Part shown: positions 9,696-17,445 of the stretch, piece by piece
Layout of the letters: each line of letters starts with the position of its first letter
How positions within the stretch are numbered: the first letter of the stretch is position 1
Assembly (NCBI GenBank): GCA_963768425.1
Contig: CAVYHV010000006.1
Location: forward strand, 224,001 to 288,000
From: Candidatus Bathyarchaeota archaeon
GTDB lineage: Archaea; Thermoproteota; Bathyarchaeia; Bathyarchaeales; Bathycorpusculaceae
Reading direction: 5' to 3'
DNA length: 64,000 nt
Made by a program: the position numbers and the translations under genes
The notes under the pieces: generated by a model
The model's database searches: none
What the model was told of the DNA's origin: nothing
What the model saw: the letters and a program-made list of their open reading frames with translations, nothing else

Positions 9696-10031
9696 GCCCA
9701 TACTAAATTGGCGGAAAAAGGGGTGGTTGTATATGTTTCCTTTTTTCCATAGCAATTTGGGGTCTTCGCCGAACATTACTCCTACTCCTGGAGGCGGGAT
9801 GCGTTTTAGTTGTCGTGTCGCCAATACGAAAAGCGTAACACAGTCGTCATGGTAGCCTTCGGCGCTTGGTGATGCAAGTACCCACTTTACCGCGTTTTTT
9901 GTCGAGACCAAAGACCGCCTTTTCTCTTTATATCTAAAGTTTTCAAAAGCAAAATCACTGTATACCCGTTTTCTAACGTTAACTCTTGAGGTTTTCGTAG
10001 AGTTTAGGTTGAACCTGAACGCCTTACGCAT
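9693..10031 (-). pseudogene. Chimeric relic: RHH-like N-terminus joined to a terminase large subunit C-terminus
   Basis: SPSAEGYHDDCVTLFVLA resembles the TerL nuclease HDD motif; the 5' part reads MRKAFRFN.KLYENLK.L..ENGYTV...FENF when frameshifts are allowed. Confidence 0.5.
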
Positions 10032-10051
10032 CTTGCATACCCGTGATCTCT

Positions 10052-10125
10052 TGTATCAACAAAATGTATTGACAAAATGTATCAACATTGACCCACCCGG
10101 TAGGTTTGTACATACAAGAAAGACC
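10052..10125 (+). repeat. Module A copy 1: 3 x 13-bp TGTAT(CA/TG)ACAAAA + CATTGACCCACCCGGTAGGTTTGTACATACAAG
   Basis: Homologous to 23769-23843 and 27120-27193. Confidence 0.85.
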
Positions 10126-10179
10126 TGCTCATTTTCTTTGGAGGTTCCTTAACAAACTGAATTGATCGGTGTCGCCAGA

Positions 10180-10262
10180 TTTATAGAGATTTAAAGACTC
10201 AACCTGCAAGCGATCCAAACCGCATTTTCAAAAAAGCAATCCTTTCACAAAGAAAAAAATTT
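10180..10262 (+). repeat. 2 x 10-bp units (TTTATAGAGA, TTTAAAGACT) + module C box
   Basis: CAACCTGCAA...CAAAAAAGCAATCC...CACAAAGAAAAAAATT. Confidence 0.7.
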
Positions 10263-10374
10263 GCCGGAAAATCGTCAACCTCTTTTTCGTTATTTTGTTA
10301 TATGGCTCATTTAAGTACTTGTGGAAACTATAATACAATTTAGAAAGTTCGTAATTTTAACTCAGGTGAACATT

Positions 10375-11622
10375 TTGAGAATCGGCTTTTTTGTTTATGA
10401 GTATCCGCCAGCAATTGTTGGTGGCTTAGGTACGTATGCTGAAAATATAACGCAGCAGTACATCGATATGGGACATGATGTTTCAGTCTTCACGTTAAAT
10501 GGTGGCAATCTAAAAACCAGAGAAATCATAAAAGGCGTAGAGGTTCATCGGCCTCTGATTGCTGACGCAAGCAACGTTTTTCCATTTTTCGTGGTTGACG
10601 ACTTAAAGAAATGGGGTACCAACATAAAATTCTTCAACGACATTTTTATTTACAATATTCTCAGCGCGACTAAATTCATTAACCGCTTGATAAAAAAAGA
10701 GAAGTACAATTTTGACGTTGTGTGCGTGCACGATTGGCTAAGCAGTATTTCTGGACTTGTGATAAAGAATGAAACTAAAATTCCGGTGGTCTTTCATGTG
10801 CACAGTACTGAATGGGGAAGAAGTCAGGGTCCAGGATCCGAAGTAGTGTCGCATCTTGAATATGCCATGGCTCAAGACTCAGATAGAGTGATCACTGTTA
10901 GCTACGCAATGCAGCAAGATCTAATAAAGCACGGGTGGTCGCCCTCAAAAATAAGCGTGGTTTGGAACGGCGTGGATTCAGAACGTTACAACATCGCAAA
11001 ATTCAATCCCGAAGACATCGCTGCAACTCGCGAAAAATATGGCGTCCCCAAAGACTGGAACATGCTTCTATTTGTTGGCAGACTTTCCTGGGTGAAGGGC
11101 GCAAAAAACCTTTTGTTGGCAATGCCCTCTGTTTTGAAGGAAAACCCTAACACCAAGCTCGTAATTCTGGGAACAGGAGAAGAACAAAACGTTATAGTGG
11201 AATTAGCGGAGAGGTTAAACATTAAGGACAACCTGGCGGTTCGCTTTGATTTTGTTCCAGAACCCGAGAGAATCATGCATTATGCTGCTTCTGACGTGTG
11301 CATTTTTCCCTCGTCCTACGAACCCTTCGGCATAGTTTGCCTAGAAGCTATGGCTATGGAAAAACCCGTTGTCGTGGGTGCACGTGGAGTAGTCGGTTTC
11401 AAAGAACAAGTTCTAAGCTCAGGTCCAGACCAGAACGGAGTGCATGTAAATGGCGAAGATCCCCTCGACATAGCTTGGGGCATAAACGAAACCCTGAAAA
11501 ATCCCGAAAAAGCCAGAAACTGGGGAGAAAACGGACGCAAAAGAGTAATCGAGTACTTCACATGGCAAAAGGTAGCAGACGAAACCATAAAAATCTACGA
11601 ATCACTAATCAAAAAAGAATAA
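10375..11622 (+). CDS. GT4 glycosyltransferase, probable glycogen synthase
   Basis: EYPP..VGGLG, HDW, HSTEWGR, FVGRL, YEPFGIVCLEAMA; TTG start after an AGGTGA SD; upstream of a branching enzyme. Confidence 0.88.
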   Translation: MRIGFFVYEYPPAIVGGLGTYAENITQQYIDMGHDVSVFTLNGGNLKTREIIKGVEVHRPLIADASNVFPFFVVDDLKKWGTNIKFFNDIFIYNILSATKFINRLIKKEKYNFDVVCVHDWLSSISGLVIKNETKIPVVFHVHSTEWGRSQGPGSEVVSHLEYAMAQDSDRVITVSYAMQQDLIKHGWSPSKISVVWNGVDSERYNIAKFNPEDIAATREKYGVPKDWNMLLFVGRLSWVKGAKNLLLAMPSVLKENPNTKLVILGTGEEQNVIVELAERLNIKDNLAVRFDFVPEPERIMHYAASDVCIFPSSYEPFGIVCLEAMAMEKPVVVGARGVVGFKEQVLSSGPDQNGVHVNGEDPLDIAWGINETLKNPEKARNWGENGRKRVIEYFTWQKVADETIKIYESLIKKE

Positions 11623-11708
11623 ACACCGCCAAAACAATCGCGCGTTGCTTTAATAGACTAATAAGAATGTCTCATCTTAGAACTGATTAGAACACAAGGT
11701 ATGATTGT

Positions 11709-12005
11709 ATGCCTGTAACTATTGGTTCACTATTTAGACAAATTGTCAGAGACTTGAAAACCAAAGACACCAACCCAAACAGCTGCCTAAATAATCCAAA
11801 AAGCGACCTCTACAATCTAAACTACGACATCAACAACCCGAACAGCACAATCAACAATCAGTATAGTTGCATTAATGATGCGTCAAATAATGAAAAGAAC
11901 AAGGGACTGCGAAGAAATACGCTCAGAGAACTCATTCAAATGTATCTATCCGACTACCTATCGCCAGAACAAACAGAGAAGCTTGTTACAGAGTATATCC
12001 CCTGA
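11709..12005 (+). CDS. Hypothetical Asn-rich heptad-repeat protein
   Basis: NPNSCLN-NPKSDLY-NLNYDIN-NPNSTIN-NQYSCIN. Confidence 0.65.
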   Translation: MPVTIGSLFRQIVRDLKTKDTNPNSCLNNPKSDLYNLNYDINNPNSTINNQYSCINDASNNEKNKGLRRNTLRELIQMYLSDYLSPEQTEKLVTEYIP

Positions 12006-12038
12006 ATCAATTAAACCATTTAAGCGGAATAATGTGTT

Positions 12039-14060
12039 TTGATGAGCGGTCTTGAAAACCGATTAACTCGCCTGCTGAAAAGCGATTCGTATCTCGAACC
12101 GTTTTCTGATCAGATTCGACGCCGATTGGAAAATATTGAAGAAACAGAGCAACGCCTCACACAGCGTAAAATGAGCCTAACCGAGTTCGCGTCGGGCCAC
12201 GGATACTTCGGCTTACATTTCCAAAGAGGAAAATGGGTATTTCGCGAATGGGCGCCAAACGCAACAACGATCTTCCTAATAGGCGATATGAGTAACTGGC
12301 AAGAGAGCCGAGAGTTTGAGCTCCAAAAGATCAATGAATATGGTGTCTGGGAAATTCAACTGGCCGCCGACAAACTGAAACATGGCGACCTGTATCGACT
12401 CCGTATCCATTGGGCAGAAGGCGAAGGCGATCGCATTCCAGCATACGCCAGACGGGTTGTGCAAGATCCAAAAACATTGATTTTCAACGCCCAAGTATGG
12501 AAACCACCGCAGCCTTACTGTTGGAAAGAATCCAATTTCAAGCGATCAAAAGAGCCCCCAATTATTTACGAAGCCCATGTCGGTATGGCACAGCAAGAAG
12601 AAAAAATTGGGACCTTCCAAGAATTCACTCAGAATGTGCTTCCACGAATAGTCAACGCAGGCTACAACACATTGCAGTTAATGGCTATTCAGGAACATCC
12701 CTATTATGGTTCATTTGGGTACCAAGTGTCAAGCTTTTTCGCTGCTTCATCACGTTACGGGACACCTGAGGATTTGAAACTTCTAATCGACACTGCTCAC
12801 GCCAAAGGGCTTACCGTCTGCATGGATCTAATCCACTCCCACTCGGTGTCCAACGAGGTGGAAGGGTTGAGTCGCTTTGACGGGACACCATTTCAATATT
12901 TTCATAGCGGCCCACGAGGAATGCATCCGGCTTGGGATTCACGTGTCTTTGATTACGGCAAGCCTCAGGTTCTACATTTTTTACTTTCCAATTGCCGATA
13001 CTGGCTTGATGAATTCCACTTTGACGGTTTTAGGTTTGACGGCGTCACCAGCATGATTTACCTCGAACATGGTCTTAAAAGAGTGTTCACTTCATACAAC
13101 GATTACTTTGACGGCAGCTTGGATGAGGATGCCCTTACCTATTTGGCTCTTGCCAACAAGGTGATTCATGACGTACGCCCCGACGCCATAACCATAGCTG
13201 AAGATGTCAGCGGCATGCCAGGTTTAGCCGTTCCCCATTCAAATGGCGGCTTCGGTTTTGATTATCGCTTCTCAATGGGAGTGCCTGATTACTGGATCCG
13301 TTTGATAAGTGATTACAGAGATGATGACTGGCCTATCGGGCATCTTTGGTTCGAACTGACTAACCGTAGATCCGATGAGAAAACCATTAGTTATGCGGAA
13401 TCTCACGACCAAGCACTGGTGGGAGATCAAACACTTATTTTCCGACTGATCGGCCAAGACATGTACAATCACATGGCGCTTGATGATGACAACGCTAAAG
13501 TCGCCCGCGGAATAGCACTGCACAAAATGATTCGCCTAATAACTCTGGGCACGGCCAACAACGGTTACCTGAACTTTATGGGCAACGAATTTGGCCACCC
13601 CGACTGGATAGATTTTCCCCGCGAAGGAAACAACTGGTCATTCAAACATGCACGGCGACTGTGGCACCTCGCAGATGACCCCAACCTAAAATATCATTTA
13701 TTAGCATTATTCGACCGCGACATGATTGACCTTACCAAAAAGCAACAGCTGCTTGACACACCAGACCTCCAACTTCTGCACGAGGATTCAACAAAAAAAA
13801 TAATCATTTTCAAGAGGGCAGATTTGATTTTTGCCTTCAATTTTAATCCCAGCCAATCCTTCAATAATTACCGATTTGAAGCCCCTCCCGGAAAATACCA
13901 AATGATTCTAGACAGTGACGCACCAAAATACGGTGGATACGGGCGGTTAGATCCCCAGCAAACCCACTTTACTATCTTTGAAAATGCCGAAGGAAAAAAG
14001 CAAAATATGCTAAGCCTATATCTGCCAGCACGCTCCGCTTTTATCCTATGCCCGACATAG
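12039..14060 (+). CDS. glgB: 1,4-alpha-glucan branching enzyme (GH13, GBE1-like)
   Basis: FREWAPNA, IYEAHVGM, FDGFRFDGVTSM, AEDVSGMP, YAESHDQALVGD, YLNFMGNEFGHP. Confidence 0.95.
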   Translation: MMSGLENRLTRLLKSDSYLEPFSDQIRRRLENIEETEQRLTQRKMSLTEFASGHGYFGLHFQRGKWVFREWAPNATTIFLIGDMSNWQESREFELQKINEYGVWEIQLAADKLKHGDLYRLRIHWAEGEGDRIPAYARRVVQDPKTLIFNAQVWKPPQPYCWKESNFKRSKEPPIIYEAHVGMAQQEEKIGTFQEFTQNVLPRIVNAGYNTLQLMAIQEHPYYGSFGYQVSSFFAASSRYGTPEDLKLLIDTAHAKGLTVCMDLIHSHSVSNEVEGLSRFDGTPFQYFHSGPRGMHPAWDSRVFDYGKPQVLHFLLSNCRYWLDEFHFDGFRFDGVTSMIYLEHGLKRVFTSYNDYFDGSLDEDALTYLALANKVIHDVRPDAITIAEDVSGMPGLAVPHSNGGFGFDYRFSMGVPDYWIRLISDYRDDDWPIGHLWFELTNRRSDEKTISYAESHDQALVGDQTLIFRLIGQDMYNHMALDDDNAKVARGIALHKMIRLITLGTANNGYLNFMGNEFGHPDWIDFPREGNNWSFKHARRLWHLADDPNLKYHLLALFDRDMIDLTKKQQLLDTPDLQLLHEDSTKKIIIFKRADLIFAFNFNPSQSFNNYRFEAPPGKYQMILDSDAPKYGGYGRLDPQQTHFTIFENAEGKKQNMLSLYLPARSAFILCPT

Positions 14061-14203
14061 AGGCTTCCTTTTAGGCTTCCAATCCCTCATTTGGTCAATC
14101 ATCGTTTTTAGTTATGCAATGCTGCTTTTTCCAGAACCGCTCCCTGAGGAATCAAACATAGTTCAAGCCCCATTTTGGGTATGCGAAAATACTTCCTTGT
14201 ACT

Positions 14204-14266
14204 CAACCTATAAAGAATTCAGATCCCAAATCAAAAAGGCAACCGAAAACACAAAGAAAAAATTTT
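14204..14266 (+). repeat. Module C box
   Basis: CAACCTATAA...CAAAAAGGCAACCGAAAACACAAAGAAAAAATTTT. Confidence 0.7.
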
Positions 14267-14325
14267 GTTCAGAAACCATCGGCTTGCCTTCTATATGCTT
14301 CTGTCGTGAGATTTTCCGGAGACTA

Positions 14326-14464
14326 TTTTAGCGTATTTTAGCGTATTATAGCGTATTATAGCGTATTATAGCGTTTTTTAGCTTAAAATAGCATATTTTA
14401 GCTTACAGTTGCAACCAATCTAAGCTCCAAACCAAAAAACCAACCCAAAACACAAAGAAAAATT
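14326..14464 (+). repeat. 8 x 10-bp tandem array (consensus TTWTAGCGTA, 14326-14405) + module C box
   Basis: Visible array followed by CAGTTGCAACCAA...CAACCCAAAACACAAAGAAAAATT. Confidence 0.92.
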
Positions 14465-14621
14465 CCGACGAGAAAATCGCATCGAAATTGAACCTGACCT
14501 TAGCAGACCGACCACAAACTCTTGCACATTATTGGACACACACCAATTTTAACATCCACGTTACATTAAGTAATGTCATGTTATCTTGTATTGTATCGTG
14601 TAATTGCTATGAGGATGTTGC

Positions 14622-14858
14622 ATGGTAAAAAATGTGATTGATTTGGGTGAAAGGGAAAGTCGAGTAATCAATATTGTCAAGGCAAAATATGGTCTTAAGG
14701 ATAAGAGCCAGGCTTTGAGCGTGATAATTAAGCGTTATGAAGAATGTGAGCTTGAACCTCAACTGCGCCCCGAATTTGTTAAAGAGATAGAGTAAACTGT
14801 GAAAAACGGCAAATTCGTTAAAGTTAAGGATTTTGCGGCAGAGTCCGGCTTAAAGTGA
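14622..14858 (+). pseudogene. DUF2683-like antitoxin with premature TAA at 14793
   Basis: MVKNVIDLGERESRVINIVKAKYGLKDKSQAL...LEPQLRPEFVKEIE*TVKNGKFVKVKDF; followed by a short RelE-like stub MYSLEIEE (14863-14901). Confidence 0.7.
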
Positions 14859-14948
14859 TTGCTTGTACAGTCTGGAAATCGAGGAAAGAGGTTTCTATTA
14901 GATATCTATTTTAGGTAAGAATGTAAGATTATATTCGGGGTAATGTGA

Positions 14949-15248
14949 ATGGCTCAAAATGAAAAGGCCGAACTTACGATTCTTAGTGAAAAAGGCCAAG
15001 TCGTTATACCCGCAAAAGTAAGGTCCCGAATGGGTCTAAAACCTAAAACGAAATTTCTAGTGTATGAATGCGAAGACTCGGTAATACTGAAGAAATTTGA
15101 GGAGCCTGACTTATCGAAAGAGATTGAAGCTATGTACAAAAGAGTCGATGAAAGAATAGCGAAATATGGCGAGCTCTCAAACGATGAGATAAACGAAATA
15201 ATCCATGAATACAGAAAAGAGAAGGCTGCAAGGGCTAAAGAAGCATAG
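14949..15248 (+). CDS. AbrB/MazE/SpoVT-family antitoxin (orphan)
   Basis: LSEKGQVVIPAKVRSRMGLKP. Confidence 0.88.
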   Translation: MAQNEKAELTILSEKGQVVIPAKVRSRMGLKPKTKFLVYECEDSVILKKFEEPDLSKEIEAMYKRVDERIAKYGELSNDEINEIIHEYRKEKAARAKEA

Positions 15249-15447
15249 GAACAGTATACGCCGTAGTTGTCGTGGTAGCTTTCTTGGGTTCCCAAACTTA
15301 GACGTTTCCGTTTGGCGTTGTTTTGCAGCCTCTACAAAAATTCCCAAACAGCTCAAAGCAAAATGAGAATCCTCAAAATCAAACCATCAGACTAATGCGA
15401 AAGCCATAGAAGATGAAGTAAGGGGGGGAAGGAAGCTGGGTTATTCT

Positions 15448-15704
15448 TCAAATAAGCTCGTTGAACTCATCAACCGAAAGATCAACTTCTTTGATAATAG
15501 TTCTCAACATTCCCTTTCCTATAGGTTTGTGTGCTGGAACAACCGCCATAATCTCGTTTTTTCTGCAACCAAACAAAGAATTATATTTCTCTTTTTCAGA
15601 AAGGCGCATGACAATATGACTACCTTTCTGGTTGTTAACAACATAGCCTATATTTGTCAGAGCTTGACTACCTTTTCATAGTCTACCGGAGTTAATTTAG
15701 ACAC
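15448..15704 (-). pseudogene. hicA: HicA toxin, full length with one frameshift (copy 2)
   Basis: MSKLTPVDYEKVVK/ALTNIGYVVNNQKGSHIVM...VVPAHKPIGKGMLRTIIKEVDLSVDEFNELI*. Confidence 0.8.
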
Positions 15705-16011
15705 TGACTTGCACCGATTCGATGGGTACTGGATCGCCATGTTCCTTTAGAGCTTCAAGATATGCTTGGATTGCTTCTTTGACGTTTTTCATTAGTTCTT
15801 CTCTTGTTCTGCCTTCGGTGGCACAGCCTGGTAAATCAGGAACTTTTGCGACAAGAACGCCATCTTCGTCCTTTTCGATAATTACCCTGTACTGAAGCAT
15901 ATGTTTTCATGCGTCTTGGAAATTCTTAAGCCTTCGCTTTCTAAAACCCAATTCTTCCCTTTGAAAAATGTTGTTAAACTTTAGCAAACACTTGTATCGC
16001 TCAACGCCTGT
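15523..16011. repeat. Copy 2 of the ~490-bp hicAB segment
   Basis: Matches 6652-7139. Confidence 0.95.
15697..15900 (-). CDS. hicB: HicB antitoxin (copy 2, identical protein)
   Basis: Same translation as 6825-7028. Confidence 0.92.
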   Translation of the reverse strand: MLQYRVIIEKDEDGVLVAKVPDLPGCATEGRTREELMKNVKEAIQAYLEALKEHGDPVPIESVQVSV

Positions 16012-16158
16012 TGCCAGTATTCTTCGCCGGGAGATACAAGAACTATTGTTCTGGGTGTTACTGTGAACTTAGTCATTCAAAACATGAACAGCTAAAAATA
16101 GTTGTCCTTGGCTTTTGCCCAAATTAAAGAATGGCTTTTATAATCATTAAGTTGATTT

Positions 16159-17445
16159 ATGGCAGAACATAAATTGCCAATAGAATACGTTTGCAGAAAA
16201 TGCAACAAAATCTATTCGAACCAAGAGTACGAGCAGAGCAGGTTTTGCAGGGTTTGTGGTTCTTTTCTTTTGCGCAATTTTAGGGATGACGGTTATGCGG
16301 AGATGTTGGCTCAAAAAAGCTTTAGCAACCGAGCTTCAGCATCTGCCGTAAACGGTTTTTACAAAGAAAAAATCGCTTTGACACGGGCAGCTGAAAGCCT
16401 AAGCGAAAGAATAGCTCGTACAAAAGAATATGAGGTAATCTCTGAAACAGAAAAAACCGTTGAACACCGTGCTGAATCGGCGGTTGAAAGCTGGATTTGG
16501 AGCAGCGAATACGACGAGGCACTCAAACTTGAAAAGAAACTCATCCAACAATACGAAGGAAAAAACCTCCATGACGCCATAACTGGAGAAGTCGTCTCAA
16601 ACCAACAAGGCGAGTGCTACCAAATCTCAGCCTCATGCACGTCTAAATTCAAAAAGGCAACTTATCACGAAAGCAAACAACAAATAATCTCTGATCTGAA
16701 AGCTCTTCCAGGAATAGGACCAGCACGCGAACAAACCCTAAAACAGCAGGGCTACAAAACCATCGAAGACCTTGAAAATCATCCCCTTTGGAAAAAACAA
16801 GCCCATGCCTTCATGAAAATAATAGATAAAAAAGAAGTCCCCCTGATTCAAAAATGGCTTTGGCAACGCTTTCCAAAATCGCATCCGCTGCTTCATTATT
16901 TAGCTGGTTTCTGCCAAGATCAAGACTTCGCCATCGTAGACATCGAAACTTTGGGGCTCTCAGAGCGACCCATAATTCTGCTTGGCGTAGCCAAACCAAC
17001 CCAAACTCATGTTTGTACAAGCCAGTTTTTGCTAAGAGATATTCAAGATGAACCCAGTGCCATTTGGGCTCTTGTTTCGCAGCTTGAACCCAACTTGTCA
17101 CTTATAACTTATAACGGCAGAAGCTTTGACATTCCATACATCAAGCAAAGGTTAGCTTATTACGGCTTAGATGCGCCGCTGGATAACCCGCATTTTGATG
17201 TTCTCCACTTCACCAGAAGGGCACTGCGCCACAAATTGTCGGATTGCAAACTGGAAACCGTGGAAAAATATATCGGAATAAAAAGAGATATCAACATTCC
17301 AGGCGCGTTAGTTCCCCACTTCTACGAAACTTACTTGAGAACCAAAAATGCAGGACCGCTAGTCGCCATAGTTGAGCACAACAGGCAAGACCTGCTAACA
17401 CTTGGAACATTATTCTCCAAGCTTTATGAGGAATGGAACCTTTGA
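16159..17445 (+). CDS. YprB/MrfB-like DEDD exonuclease with N-terminal Zn ribbon and HhH
   Basis: CRKC..CRVC, LPGIGP, VDIETLGL, TYNGRSFDIP, HNRQDL; overlaps the helicase start. Confidence 0.85.
   Translation: MAEHKLPIEYVCRKCNKIYSNQEYEQSRFCRVCGSFLLRNFRDDGYAEMLAQKSFSNRASASAVNGFYKEKIALTRAAESLSERIARTKEYEVISETEKTVEHRAESAVESWIWSSEYDEALKLEKKLIQQYEGKNLHDAITGEVVSNQQGECYQISASCTSKFKKATYHESKQQIISDLKALPGIGPAREQTLKQQGYKTIEDLENHPLWKKQAHAFMKIIDKKEVPLIQKWLWQRFPKSHPLLHYLAGFCQDQDFAIVDIETLGLSERPIILLGVAKPTQTHVCTSQFLLRDIQDEPSAIWALVSQLEPNLSLITYNGRSFDIPYIKQRLAYYGLDAPLDNPHFDVLHFTRRALRHKLSDCKLETVEKYIGIKRDINIPGALVPHFYETYLRTKNAGPLVAIVEHNRQDLLTLGTLFSKLYEEWNL

Noticed and set aside
14119-14331. 70-aa ORF over the module C box
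   Set aside because: Other box copies do not preserve a reading frame, so the module appears non-coding.
14326-14405. 10-bp arrays as a CRISPR or TIGR-like array
   Set aside because: Contiguous 10-bp units with no spacers; no cas or tas-like genes nearby.
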